NCBI GenBank assembly: GCA_963735595.1
Contig: CAVTLK010000002.1
Coordinates: forward strand, 96,001 to 160,000
Source of the DNA: an uncultured delta proteobacterium
GTDB lineage: Bacteria > Desulfobacterota > Zymogenia > Zymogenales > Zymogenaceae
Length of the DNA stretch: 64,000 nucleotides
Direction of reading: 5' to 3'
This document shows, piece by piece, positions 39,921 to 49,621 of the stretch (positions are counted from its first letter, which is position 1; the number at the start of each line of letters is the position of its first letter). The notes below the pieces were generated by a model that was given only the letters and a program-made list of their open reading frames with translations, was not told where the DNA came from and searched no databases. A program made the position numbers and the translations under genes.

Positions 39921-40733
39921 GTGACGATGGTGAAAACCGGGACTATACTGTCGGTCTGGGCGACTCTGTTACTGTTGCTTTGGGGGGGGGCGGCTTCGGC
40001 GGGCGGGTATGATGACATGGTGCTGGTTCCCGGTGGGGAGTTCGTCATGGGCAGCTCAACGGGTGATCTGGATGAGCAGCCGGAACACCGGGTCTTCGTA
40101 AAGGATTTTTTTATCGACTGTTTCGAGGCGACCAACGATGAGTACGCGGCCTTCCTCAACGCGATGGGAAATGTATCGGGAGCCGGCGTGCAGTATCTAT
40201 TCGTCGACAGCCCCGACTGCAGGATTTACCGGGCAAAGGGCACGTTTGTCGCGGAGGAGGGGTATGGCGACCACCCGGTGACTTTGGTGTCCTACTATGG
40301 AGCCGAGGCCTACGCGGGCTGGGCCGGGAAACGGCTTCCCACCGAGGCGGAGTGGGAGAAGGCGGCGCGCGGGGGGCTGGCGGACAAACAATACCCGTGG
40401 GGGGACGATATCACCACGCTCTCGGCCAATTTTGGAAGGAAGCGCATGGGGACGACCCCCGTTGGAACGTTTGCCCCGAACTCGTTGGGGCTTTACGATA
40501 TGTCGGGCAACGTCGCCGAGATGGTCGCCGACTACTACGCCGAGCGCTACTATCGAACGTCTCCCCCAGCCGATCCGAAGGGGCCGGAGACGGGAGAGGT
40601 GCACGCCGTCAGGGGCGGAAGCTGGCTCTCTGCGGCCGATGGAGTCGGTGTTTATGTTCGTGAGGCCGGGGCGCTTCCCTACATCTCTCTGCCGAACGTC
40701 GGATTTCGATGCGCTAAAGACGCCCCGTTATGA
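39921..40733 (+). CDS. Formylglycine-generating enzyme family (FGE-sulfatase domain) protein
   Basis: VPGGEFVMG; RLPTEAEWEKAARGG; GLYDMSGNVAE; RGGSW; GFRCA. Confidence 0.9.
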   Translation: MTMVKTGTILSVWATLLLLLWGGAASAGGYDDMVLVPGGEFVMGSSTGDLDEQPEHRVFVKDFFIDCFEATNDEYAAFLNAMGNVSGAGVQYLFVDSPDCRIYRAKGTFVAEEGYGDHPVTLVSYYGAEAYAGWAGKRLPTEAEWEKAARGGLADKQYPWGDDITTLSANFGRKRMGTTPVGTFAPNSLGLYDMSGNVAEMVADYYAERYYRTSPPADPKGPETGEVHAVRGGSWLSAADGVGVYVREAGALPYISLPNVGFRCAKDAPL

Positions 40734-40782
40734 TCCGGGGGGGCCGAACGACTCGCGCGATCCTCTTGAATATCAGTTCTGA

Positions 40783-41538
40783 TTGTCCTCATTTCAATTG
40801 AAACGGCCTGGCGTGCATACCATCGGCATCATCGCCGCCCTCAGGCAAGAAGTCGAGCCCTTCATCGAGGGCCTGGAAACCTCCCGCTCAATAACCGCCC
40901 GCCGGCTTGTGATCCATCAGGGAGAGATCTCGGGGCGGCCGGTCTCTCTGGTCATCTCCGGCGTTGGAAGAAAGGCGGCGGTAAATGCTACCGAGTCCCT
41001 CATCGAGTCATCCCGGCCGGCTCTCATCATTTCGACCGGCTTTGCCGGGGGGCTGGCGGAAGAAGCGGTGGCCGGTACCGCCGTTTACGGCAGTGATCTG
41101 GTCGACGATGCCGGAGGGCGTGTGACGTTTGGCGTTCCCGACGGGTTCGCGCTCCCGGAAGGGGGGGTGTGGGGCGTCATCCTCACGTCGCGGTATTTTA
41201 TTTCGGCCGTCGACCACCGGAGGCGGCTCCGGGATCGATTCGGGGCGGTGGCGGTCGATATGGAGAGCATCCACATCGGCCGGGTCGCCCGGGCGGCAGG
41301 GGTCCCCGTTATTGTCGCCCGTGTCATATCCGACGACCTCTCGGCAGAGCTCCCCGTCATGGGGTCGGTCATGGCCGGCGACGGACGGCTTGCAATCGGG
41401 CGGGCAATCGTATATTTCGCCCGCCATCCCGGCACGATTATCGGTTTCGTTCGGTTCATTGGTAACCTCACCGCCCACGCCCGTACGCTTGACGGTTGCC
41501 TCAGGCGGCTGATCGTGTCGCTGCCAACCGGGGGATAG
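40783..41538 (+). CDS. Nucleoside phosphorylase superfamily protein (MTA/SAH nucleosidase- or HpnG-like)
   Basis: IGIIAALRQE; SGVG; STGFAGGL; AVDMES; RVISD; start uncertain. Confidence 0.8.
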   Translation: MSSFQLKRPGVHTIGIIAALRQEVEPFIEGLETSRSITARRLVIHQGEISGRPVSLVISGVGRKAAVNATESLIESSRPALIISTGFAGGLAEEAVAGTAVYGSDLVDDAGGRVTFGVPDGFALPEGGVWGVILTSRYFISAVDHRRRLRDRFGAVAVDMESIHIGRVARAAGVPVIVARVISDDLSAELPVMGSVMAGDGRLAIGRAIVYFARHPGTIIGFVRFIGNLTAHARTLDGCLRRLIVSLPTGG

Positions 41539-41638
41539 CGCGGGACGGCCTGAGGCGAAGGGACGCCGCGTGCGGTTATACGACCGGGAACCAACCGTAC
41601 GTACCGCATACGTACTGCGTACGTGCCCTGGGACGCAC

Positions 41639-41875
41639 ATGGATACCATCCAAAAATACTATCGGATCGACAGAAACGGCATAGCCATGCTCAAGTTCAT
41701 CCTGGAATCTTACGACAACGCTGCCCTGATGCGAACCGTTGACAAGGGGGGCTCGATCGTCGAACTCTCGGTGTCCCCCGGCTTTCTTTATGACGTGGAG
41801 GCGGTAATCGCCGAGCTCAGGGACGAGTTCAACATTCGGGAGGTTGAACGTCCCGAAGGCCTGGAGCCGTTATAA
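41639..41875 (+). CDS. DUF4911-like small protein
   Basis: IDRNGIAMLKFILESYDNAALMRTVD motif. Confidence 0.7.
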   Translation: MDTIQKYYRIDRNGIAMLKFILESYDNAALMRTVDKGGSIVELSVSPGFLYDVEAVIAELRDEFNIREVERPEGLEPL

Positions 41876-41889
41876 CAGGAGGCGGTGCC

Positions 41890-42450
41890 ATGGGTGAAAT
41901 GACGTTTTCCGATCAACAGAAAAAGAAGCTGCTTGCCCTGGCGCGCAGGACGATCGAGGAGGGGGCGCGCGGCAAGAAGAAGCCGAAGGCAGAGCCGGAT
42001 GATACCCAACTGGCAATACCGGCCGGCGCCTTCGTATCGCTCCACAAGCGGGGGGGGCTCAGGGGCTGCATCGGCAGGTTCGAGGCCGATTCACCCCTTT
42101 ACCAGACCGTTGCCGATATGGCATGGGCCGCGTCGAAGAACGACCCGCGTTTCAACGAAGTCGGGAAGGAAGAGCTTCCCGATATCGATATCGAGATATC
42201 GGTACTCTCTCCCCTGAGAAAGATCTCGAACGTCAAAGAAATCGAAGTGGGCAGGCACGGGATATACATCATCCGGGGGGGGCGGCGCGGGACGCTCCTG
42301 CCCCAGGTGGCCCTGGAACAGGGGTGGGACCGGGAGGCCTTCCTGCGCCATACCTGCATGAAGGCGGGACTGCCGCCGGATGCGTATAAAGACGAGGGGA
42401 CCGAGATCTATATATACGACGCGCTGGTCTTCGGGGAAAAGGATCGGTGA
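41890..42450 (+). CDS. amrA: AmmeMemoRadiSam system protein A (AMMECR1 domain)
   Basis: GAFVSL...LRGCIG; DPRF; IEISVLSP; GTLLPQV; CMKAGL. Confidence 0.9.
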   Translation: MGEMTFSDQQKKKLLALARRTIEEGARGKKKPKAEPDDTQLAIPAGAFVSLHKRGGLRGCIGRFEADSPLYQTVADMAWAASKNDPRFNEVGKEELPDIDIEISVLSPLRKISNVKEIEVGRHGIYIIRGGRRGTLLPQVALEQGWDREAFLRHTCMKAGLPPDAYKDEGTEIYIYDALVFGEKDR

Positions 42451-42475
42451 ACTTTCCGCGTCAGCCGCGGGGCAT

Positions 42476-42516
42476 AAAAAACGGCGGGAAGCGATATTTA
42501 CTATCACTTCCCGCCG
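42476..42516 (-). terminator. Rho-independent terminator (- strand)
   Basis: CGGCGGGAAG...CTTCCCGCCG stem followed by T6 on the - strand. Confidence 0.7.
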
Positions 42517-42594
42517 AATCTCGTTCTACTCTATCAGCCGGATACCGGCGACCTTTCGCACACCCTCTATATACAGGCCGGCAACGGCCGGCGT

Positions 42595-43179
42595 CTATTT
42601 AGAGGGGCTGATCGAATCGCCGTGGACCACTCCTCCCCCGCCGCTGTTGGGCTTCGCGTCGTCGCCGCCGTCATTGCCGCCGTGGTAGATCACATCGTTA
42701 CCCGCGCCGAACTGGATCTCCTCCGTATCACGGACGAATATCAGCACCACGTCCCCCGCGCCCACAGTAATGGGCCTTTCGGTCTTGAGTGTGCGCCCGG
42801 CGTAGTCGATGACGACCTCATCGTCGACCCTGGTGATCTTCCCTTCCGGGGTTACCACCACAATATCGAATCCACCCGGGTACTCGGCGTATTTCAGGGA
42901 GACGAAGTCGAGCTTTTCCTCCGGGGCAATACTGCTCGTAATCGTCATTGCACCGCCCTCAGTCGTCACGACCAGGTCCTTGAGGGCAGGAAATATCTCG
43001 GGATTCTGTGCTATCGAAAGCCGCGACAGGATCACCAGGCCCTTGGGGCCGATCATGGTCTTATCGCCGATGGCGCTGGTATTGACGATCCGAACGGGAT
43101 CGCCGGCGGCCCCGGCGACAACGGGCAGCGCCATTGAGATCACAGCAACGACCGCGATGATTCCAATCACTCGTTTCAT
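42595..43179 (-). CDS. Hypothetical secreted protein
   Basis: AAGGAGG RBS; signal peptide MKRVIGIIAVVAVISMALPVVAGA; Gly-rich tail. Confidence 0.7.
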   Translation of the reverse strand: MKRVIGIIAVVAVISMALPVVAGAAGDPVRIVNTSAIGDKTMIGPKGLVILSRLSIAQNPEIFPALKDLVVTTEGGAMTITSSIAPEEKLDFVSLKYAEYPGGFDIVVVTPEGKITRVDDEVVIDYAGRTLKTERPITVGAGDVVLIFVRDTEEIQFGAGNDVIYHGGNDGGDDAKPNSGGGGVVHGDSISPSK

Positions 43180-43278
43180 GATGCACCTCCTTGACGTAAA
43201 GGCCGGGAAGTTTTATATTGGACCCCGGGCGTTGCCGCCCGGGATAGCAGGACAGTACCTCCGGATCGAGGGCAGGCC

Positions 43279-44478
43279 TTATCCGAGCTTCCTGACCGCC
43301 TCCCCGATTCTCCTGACCCCCTCGGTGATCTCGGCGACGGAGGCGGCGTAGGAGAGACGCACGCAGTTGTCGTCACCGAACTCCACCCCCGGCACCAGCG
43401 CCACCTTCGCCTCCGAAAGGAGGAAGGCGGAAAAGTCGATCGAGCCGGCGATCTTCGCGCCCGCGTATGACTTACTGTAGATCCCCGATACGTCGGGGAA
43501 GGCGTAGAAGGCGCCCTCGGGGTTGCGGCACGTAACGCCCGGTATCGCGTTGAGACCGTCGACGATAAGTTTCCTCCTCGCCTCGAACTCGCGCCTCATC
43601 CGCTCCACTTCGTCCTGCGGGCCTATGAGCGCTTCGACGGCCGCCCATTGGGCGACGGAAGAGGCGTTGGTGGTGCTCTGGCTCTGTATCTTTGTCATGG
43701 CCGAGATGAGCGCCTCGGGACCGGCGGCATACCCGATGCGCCAGCCGGTCATGGCGTACGTCTTGGAGACGCCGTTGACGATGACGGTCAGCTGCCTGAT
43801 GTCGTCTCCGATTGATGCGATGCTGGTATGTGTGAAGCCGTCGTAGACCAGCTTCTCGTAGATCTCGTCCGAGACAACATAGACGGAGTTCTTGACACAG
43901 AACCCGGCGATGTCGGAAAGCTCGCCTGTCGTGTACGACACCCCGGAGGGATTGGACGGGTAATTGAGGATGAGGGCCTTGGTCTTCGGGGTCGTATAGC
44001 GGGCGAGGTCATCCGAGTCGATCTTGAAGTCCTTGTCTTTTCCGGTGGGGATGATGACCGGCGTCGCGCCGGCGAGCTCCACCATCGGGGGATACGAGAC
44101 CCAGTAGGGGGCGGGGACCAATACTTCGTCGCCGGGCTCGAAAAAGGCCATGCACAGGTTGTAGAGAGAGTGCTTGCCCCCGCACGACACGATGATTTCG
44201 GAGGGCTTATACGTAACGCCGTTGTCGCGCTTGAACTTCTCGATGACTGCGGCCTTGAGCTCCTTGATCCCCCCCACGTCGGTATACTTGGTCTTGCCGG
44301 CCTGGATGGATTTGATGCCCGATTCCTTGATGTTTGCCGGCGTATCGAAATCCGGTTCCCCGACCCCAAAACCGATGACGTTTTCACCCCTGGCCTTAAG
44401 CTCGTTGGCCTTGGCGGCGATCGCCAGCGTCGCGGACGGCTTGAGGCTGATGACGCGGTCAGACAGCTTTCGTTTCAT
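43279..44478 (-). CDS. aspC: Aspartate aminotransferase family (class I PLP) enzyme
   Basis: GEPDFDTP; PYWVSY; NYPSNPSG; SDEIY; SKTYAMTGWRIG. Confidence 0.9.
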   Translation of the reverse strand: MKRKLSDRVISLKPSATLAIAAKANELKARGENVIGFGVGEPDFDTPANIKESGIKSIQAGKTKYTDVGGIKELKAAVIEKFKRDNGVTYKPSEIIVSCGGKHSLYNLCMAFFEPGDEVLVPAPYWVSYPPMVELAGATPVIIPTGKDKDFKIDSDDLARYTTPKTKALILNYPSNPSGVSYTTGELSDIAGFCVKNSVYVVSDEIYEKLVYDGFTHTSIASIGDDIRQLTVIVNGVSKTYAMTGWRIGYAAGPEALISAMTKIQSQSTTNASSVAQWAAVEALIGPQDEVERMRREFEARRKLIVDGLNAIPGVTCRNPEGAFYAFPDVSGIYSKSYAGAKIAGSIDFSAFLLSEAKVALVPGVEFGDDNCVRLSYAASVAEITEGVRRIGEAVRKLG

Positions 44479-44485
44479 CGTGTCT

Positions 44486-44998
44486 TTACCTCTTCTGATA
44501 TGCTTCCTTGAATTTTTCCTTGAGTTTATCGGCGACGTAGTCGGTCACCAGGTCCTCTACCGACCCCCCCGCCATGGCGGTGGCCTTGATAATATTGGAG
44601 CTGACGTAGAGGTAACGGTAGCCGGTCATCATGAAGAAGGTCTCTATGTTCCGGTTGAGCTTCCGGTTCAGCAGCGCCAGCTGGAGCTCATACTCGAAAT
44701 CAGAAACCGCCCTCAGGCCCCGGATGATCGCCTTGGCCTTGACAGAAGCGGCGTAGTCGACCAACAGTCCCTCGAACGTATCGACGATGATCCGGTCGCT
44801 GTGTTCGGCGAGGCCCTGTTTGATCATGTCCATCCGCTCCTCGGGCGAAAACAGCGTGACCTTGTAGGGATTGACGCCGATGGCGATGATGATCTTGTCG
44901 AAGATCTTAACCGCCCGCTCGGCCAGATCGATGTGCCCCATCGTGATGGGATCAAACGTCCCCGGGAGAATAGCAAGGCTGGGCATGGTCCACCTCAT
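44486..44998 (-). CDS. coaD: Phosphopantetheine adenylyltransferase
   Basis: PGTFDPITMGH; IRGLRAVSDFEYE; VSSN. Confidence 0.96.
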   Translation of the reverse strand: MRWTMPSLAILPGTFDPITMGHIDLAERAVKIFDKIIIAIGVNPYKVTLFSPEERMDMIKQGLAEHSDRIIVDTFEGLLVDYAASVKAKAIIRGLRAVSDFEYELQLALLNRKLNRNIETFFMMTGYRYLYVSSNIIKATAMAGGSVEDLVTDYVADKLKEKFKEAYQKR

Positions 44999-45555
44999 GC
45001 TCGTGTGAAAAAGGTAATCCCCGTATCGCCATAGAATCTTGTAGGGTCTGATTGCAGGTCCCCATAGGATGACCCCGGGACCGTCTTTGCGCTGTGCTGC
45101 CAGATAAGCGTCCCCCCCGGCGGGACGATGCCGTGCTCAAGAAAAGAAAAGATGAGCTCCCCCGTGCGGACGTAGGCATAGGGGGGGTCCAGGAAAACAA
45201 TATCCGCCGAAACGCCGAGCTTGCCGAGGGCCTTGATTCCCTTGATGGCGTCAAGGGTCATCACAGAAACGCGGTCGGCAAGCCCGAGGTTCTTCACGTT
45301 TCTCTTGAGGATTTCGACCACCCGGGGATTGCGCTCGATGAAGAACGCATGTTCAGCTCCCCGGCTGACGGCTTCTATGCCGATATTTCCCGTTCCCGAA
45401 AAACAATCCACGAAGGTGGTGCCGATGATGCCGTCGCCGAGAATGGAAAAGAGGGCCTCCTTGACGCGCGACCCGGTCGGCCTGACCATTGTCCCCGCGG
45501 GATTGATGAGACGTCTTCCTTTGAGATCCCCTGAAATAACCTTCATCGTCCGCAT
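44995..45555 (-). CDS. rsmD: 16S rRNA m2G966 methyltransferase
   Basis: RPTGSRVKEALF; FSGTGNIGIEAVSRGA; FLDPPY. Confidence 0.93.
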   Translation of the reverse strand: MRTMKVISGDLKGRRLINPAGTMVRPTGSRVKEALFSILGDGIIGTTFVDCFSGTGNIGIEAVSRGAEHAFFIERNPRVVEILKRNVKNLGLADRVSVMTLDAIKGIKALGKLGVSADIVFLDPPYAYVRTGELIFSFLEHGIVPPGGTLIWQHSAKTVPGSSYGDLQSDPTRFYGDTGITFFTRA

Positions 45556-45558
45556 GTC

Positions 45559-46383
45559 CTATACCCTGACCGGCACCCCGCGATCCCGCAAGTATTCTTT
45601 GGCCTGGCGTATCGAATACTCGCGGAAGTGAAAGATGGAGGCCGCCAGCGCCGCGTCCGCCCCGGCGACGGTGAGCCCCTCGACAATGTGATCCAGGGTG
45701 CCCACCCCCCCCGAGGCGATGACGGGGATGGCCACGCGGTCGACCACCGCCCGGGTGAGCACCAGGTCATAGCCTTCCTTGGTCCCGTCAAAGTCCATGG
45801 AGGTCAGGAGTATCTCGCCGGCCCCCAGCTCTTCCATTTTGATCACCCACTCGAGGGCGTCGATGCCCGTGACCTGCCGCCCGCCGTGGGTCACCACTTC
45901 CCATGAAAGGCCGTCGTGGCCCGCGTTGTCCGGTATCCTGCGTCGGCTCTCCTTCATGTGGCGGCCCCACTCATCGGGCCTCCTGCGCTTTGCGTCGACG
46001 GCCACGACGATGCACTGGGAGCCGAAGCGCTGGGCCGCCTCGAACACAAAATCCGGGTCGTTTACGGCGGCGGTATTGATGGAGACCTTGTCGGCGCCGG
46101 CCGATAGCAGCATCCTGATATCCTCCAGCGACCTGATCCCCCCCCCGACCGTCAGCGGCATGAAGATTTCCTCGGCCGTTCTTCTGACCACGTCCAGGAT
46201 GATATCCCGCTTGTCGGAGGAGGCGGTGATGTCCAGAAACGTCAGCTCATCGGCCCCCTCACGGTCATAGAATGTGGCGTTCTCGACGGGGTCCCCGGCG
46301 TCGGTCAGGTCTATGAAATTTACCCCCTTGACGACACGTCCGTCTTTTACGTCGAGGCAGGGGATGATTCGTTTGGTCAGCAT
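45559..46383 (-). CDS. hisF: Imidazole glycerol phosphate synthase cyclase subunit
   Basis: [40 protein letters not shown]. Confidence 0.97.
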   Translation of the reverse strand: MLTKRIIPCLDVKDGRVVKGVNFIDLTDAGDPVENATFYDREGADELTFLDITASSDKRDIILDVVRRTAEEIFMPLTVGGGIRSLEDIRMLLSAGADKVSINTAAVNDPDFVFEAAQRFGSQCIVVAVDAKRRRPDEWGRHMKESRRRIPDNAGHDGLSWEVVTHGGRQVTGIDALEWVIKMEELGAGEILLTSMDFDGTKEGYDLVLTRAVVDRVAIPVIASGGVGTLDHIVEGLTVAGADAALAASIFHFREYSIRQAKEYLRDRGVPVRV

Positions 46384-46454
46384 ACCTATTCCGTTGCCCG
46401 TTTGGCTAAAAACCTCAGATACACGACGATCGCGCCTCCTTGATCCGGCGGCCG

Positions 46455-47201
46455 TTATGCCTCCGGGACGATCTTTTCGGCCGCGGCGTTGGCCCCGGCG
46501 AGGTCTACCGTGCCTTCGTAGAGCGCCCGTCCCACGATTACGCCGATCACCCCGTCCGTGTATAACCGGGCGGCAGCCTCGACGTCCGAGACGTCCCTGA
46601 CACCCCCGGAGGCGATCACCGGTATCGCGCCCTCGCGCGCCATCCGGCGCGTCCCCTCCGTGTCGATTCCCGTTCCCACCCCGTCCCGGGCGATATCGGT
46701 GTAGATGACGGCCGCAACCCCCGTACCGGCGTAGGAACGGGCAAGCTCAACGGCCGAGACCCCTCCCGCGTCGTGCCACGCCTTCGTCCTGACCATGCCG
46801 TCCCGGGCGTCGATACCCAGGATGATCCGGCCGGGGTAGCGGCGCGACGCCGAGAGGACGAAATCGCGGTCCTCGACGGCGGCGGTCCCCACGACGACCC
46901 ATTGGACCCCGGAGGTCAGATACCCCTCTACCGCTTCCATCGTACGGATGCCGCCCCCGACTTCTACGGGAACCGGCAGCGTCCGGGCGATCTGTTCGAT
47001 CACCTCCCGGTGGACGGGAGACCCGCCCTTTGCCGCGTCAAGATCAACCAGGTGGAGGCGCCGGGCCCCCATCTGAACCCAGCGCCGGGCCGCCTCGACG
47101 GGGTCGTCGAAATAACGGGTCTCGCGGTTAAAATCGCCCTCCGAGAGCCTGACGGCCTTGCCCCCCCGCATATCGACGGCCGGAATAACTACGAATCCCA
47201 T
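46455..47201 (-). CDS. hisA: ProFAR isomerase
   Basis: [36 protein letters not shown]. Confidence 0.96.
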   Translation of the reverse strand: MGFVVIPAVDMRGGKAVRLSEGDFNRETRYFDDPVEAARRWVQMGARRLHLVDLDAAKGGSPVHREVIEQIARTLPVPVEVGGGIRTMEAVEGYLTSGVQWVVVGTAAVEDRDFVLSASRRYPGRIILGIDARDGMVRTKAWHDAGGVSAVELARSYAGTGVAAVIYTDIARDGVGTGIDTEGTRRMAREGAIPVIASGGVRDVSDVEAAARLYTDGVIGVIVGRALYEGTVDLAGANAAAEKIVPEA

Positions 47202-47827
47202 CGGTCGACCAACGCCGCGAAAGATTTAAGGATCGAAAGCCCCTTTTGCTGGCTCTTTTCCGGGTGAAACTGGGTTGCGAAGATGTTGTCTTTCTTCAGC
47301 GCCGAAACGAATGGTACGCCGTAATCGGTTATCCCGGCCGCGGTATCCGGGTCTTCGGGCACGACGTAATACGAGTGCACGAAATAAAAATAGTCCCTGC
47401 CCCCGACGGCGTCAAACGGGGGCTCCTGCGTATTCCAGCGCACCCGGTTCCACCCCATGTGGGGGATCTTGAGGCGATCCTTACCGTCGAAGGGCGGCCC
47501 GGAAAACCTGATCACGCTCCCCTTGATGACCCCCAGACCTTCATGCCTGCCGAACTCAAAGCCCTCGGTAAAGAGGAGCTGAAGGCCCAGACAGATCCCG
47601 AAAAACGGCCTGCCGGTAGCAATGAAGTCGATAATCGGCCGGGTGAGGTGGAAGCGGTCGAGGTTCTTCATGCAGTCGGCAAACGCGCCGACGCCGGGAA
47701 GCACCATCCCCGCGCTGTCTGCGATGACGCCGGCGTCCGACGTGACAACCGCGTCGGCCCCGACATTCTCCAGCGCCTTGGCGACACTCCTGAGGTTTCC
47801 CATCCCGTAATCGACGACGGCGATCAA
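47189..47827 (-). CDS. hisH: Imidazole glycerol phosphate synthase glutaminase subunit
   Basis: IAVVDYGMGN; PGVG; GICLGLQ; PHMGWN; QFHPEKS; TTG start at 47827. Confidence 0.95.
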   Translation of the reverse strand: MIAVVDYGMGNLRSVAKALENVGADAVVTSDAGVIADSAGMVLPGVGAFADCMKNLDRFHLTRPIIDFIATGRPFFGICLGLQLLFTEGFEFGRHEGLGVIKGSVIRFSGPPFDGKDRLKIPHMGWNRVRWNTQEPPFDAVGGRDYFYFVHSYYVVPEDPDTAAGITDYGVPFVSALKKDNIFATQFHPEKSQQKGLSILKSFAALVDRWDS

Positions 47828-48996
47828 TCGGCCCCCTCGCAGAATTTCCCTATCTCGTCCACGACGTATTGCTGCATCTCTGCCGTCAGCTCGGGGTATA
47901 TGGGCAGCGCCAGGCTCCTTAGTGCGGCGGTCTCTGAATGGGGGAAATCTCCCGTGCGATAACCGAGGTACCGGTAGCACTCCTGCAGGTGCAGCGGCAC
48001 GGGGTAGTAGACCTCCGTCCCCACGCCGGCCCGTGTCAAATGATCGCGCAGGTCGTCGCGCCGGTCCACGGTGATGACGAACTGATTATAGATGTGACGA
48101 TAGCCGTCGACCGCCACAGGCAGGCCGATCGGCCCCGCGGGGGAGGTGAGCCCCCGGGCGGAGAAAAGCTCCCGATAGCGCGCGGCATTAGATTTTCTTT
48201 TTTCGCTCCAGCTGTCAAGATGCTTGAGCTTCACCCTCAGAACCGCCGCCTGCAGCGCGTCGAGCCTGCTGTTGACGCCGACCAGCCGATGATAGTACTT
48301 CGGTTTGCTGCCGTGGTTTCTCAGGACCTTCAGTCCTTCGGCAGTTTGTTCGGACGATGCCGTGATCATACCGCCGTCGCCGAAGCCGCCGAGGTTCTTG
48401 CTGGGGAAGAAGGAAAAGCACCCCATGTCCCCCATGGAGCCGGCGCTTCCCGCGGGGCTGCGCGACCCGATGGCCTGGGCGGCGTCTTCCACCACGAAGA
48501 GGCCGAACCGGGAGGCGGTACGTTTGATGGCGGCCATGTCGGCCGTCTGGCCGAAGAGGTGTACCGGCATCACACCACGGACGGCTGCGCCGTCCGGGGT
48601 TATGGGGGATTCGGATTTTTCTGTAAGGCGCCCCATGAGGTCTTCGAAGAGACCGGGGTCCATGTTAAAGGTCACGGGATCGATGTCAACAAAGATTACC
48701 GAGGCGCCGGTCCGCGTAATGGAGCCGGCCGTGGCAAAAAAGGAGTAGGGGGTAGTAACCACGGCATCGCCGGGCCCCAGGTCCAGCTGCATCATCGCCA
48801 GCAGTATTGCGTCGCTTCCGGACGCCACGCCGACCCCGTACCGGGCGCCCGTGTACGCGGCGATCTCGGCCTCCAGCGCTTCTACCTCGGGGCCGAGGAT
48901 GAAATACTGGGATGAGACCACGCGGTCGACGGCCTCCCGAATTTCGTCTTGGATCGTGGCGTGCTGAGCCTTCAGATCAAGCAAGGGGACGTTCAT
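47824..48996 (-). CDS. DegT/DnrJ/EryC1/StrS aminotransferase (WbpE/GnnB-like)
   Basis: MNVPLLDL; FILGPEV; EDAAQA; SFFPSKNLGGFGDGG; NSRLDALQAA. Confidence 0.92.
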   Translation of the reverse strand: MNVPLLDLKAQHATIQDEIREAVDRVVSSQYFILGPEVEALEAEIAAYTGARYGVGVASGSDAILLAMMQLDLGPGDAVVTTPYSFFATAGSITRTGASVIFVDIDPVTFNMDPGLFEDLMGRLTEKSESPITPDGAAVRGVMPVHLFGQTADMAAIKRTASRFGLFVVEDAAQAIGSRSPAGSAGSMGDMGCFSFFPSKNLGGFGDGGMITASSEQTAEGLKVLRNHGSKPKYYHRLVGVNSRLDALQAAVLRVKLKHLDSWSEKRKSNAARYRELFSARGLTSPAGPIGLPVAVDGYRHIYNQFVITVDRRDDLRDHLTRAGVGTEVYYPVPLHLQECYRYLGYRTGDFPHSETAALRSLALPIYPELTAEMQQYVVDEIGKFCEGAD

Positions 48997-49009
48997 GGCT
49001 ATATATTCC

Positions 49010-49597
49010 TTATCCTTTCTCGTGGGTAACCACGCCGCTTTGCTGCCGGTACTCGCGGGCGCACTCGGGGCATGCGGCGCGGCCCGATCGGTCAAACTCG
49101 ATCGATACGCCGCACATGCAGGCCCAGCCCGCCGGGCGGGCGGGCCCCCCCATGACGACGGCAAAATCGGCGACATCCTTTGTAACCACGGCGCCTGCCG
49201 CCACCAGGCAGTAGTCGCCCAGCGCCGTCCCGCAGACAATCGTGGCGTTGGCCCCGATCGTCGCACCCCGGCCGACACGCGTCTTCTCGTACCGGCCTTT
49301 CCTCGGGAATTGGCTGCGGGGCGTCCGGACGTTGGTGAAGACGCAGGACGGCCCCAGGAAGGCGAAGTCCCCGACGACGACCCCGTCATACACGGAAACA
49401 TTGTTCTGTATCTTCACGCCGTTTCCGATAACCGCGGTCGGGGCGATGTAGACGTTCTGGCCTATGGTCACGTTGCTTCCGACCGTCGCGCCGGACGCGA
49501 CGTGGGAAAAGTGCCAGACCTTCGTCCCGGCGCCGATTACGGCGCCGTCATCAACTACCGCCGTCGGGTGGATGAAGATATCGTCTGTGCGTGTCAC
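49010..49597 (-). CDS. Hexapeptide N-acetyltransferase (WbpD/WlbB-like)
   Basis: HPTAVVD; KVWHFSHV; KIQNNVSVY; GPSCVFTN; C-terminal CxCG...CPEC. Confidence 0.9.
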   Translation of the reverse strand: MTRTDDIFIHPTAVVDDGAVIGAGTKVWHFSHVASGATVGSNVTIGQNVYIAPTAVIGNGVKIQNNVSVYDGVVVGDFAFLGPSCVFTNVRTPRSQFPRKGRYEKTRVGRGATIGANATIVCGTALGDYCLVAAGAVVTKDVADFAVVMGGPARPAGWACMCGVSIEFDRSGRAACPECAREYRQQSGVVTHEKG

Positions 49598-49621
49598 GGT
49601 CCTCTCCGCCGCCCGGCCGGT

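Noticed and set aside
39921..40733. FGE-sulfatase (CLec-fold) gene as a diversity-generating retroelement target
   Set aside because: No reverse transcriptase gene and no template-repeat copy of its 3' end seen in the window
47824..49401. 525-aa aminotransferase with a long N-terminal extension
   Set aside because: The extension is an alternate frame of the acetyltransferase gene; the real start is ATG 48996 after AAGGA
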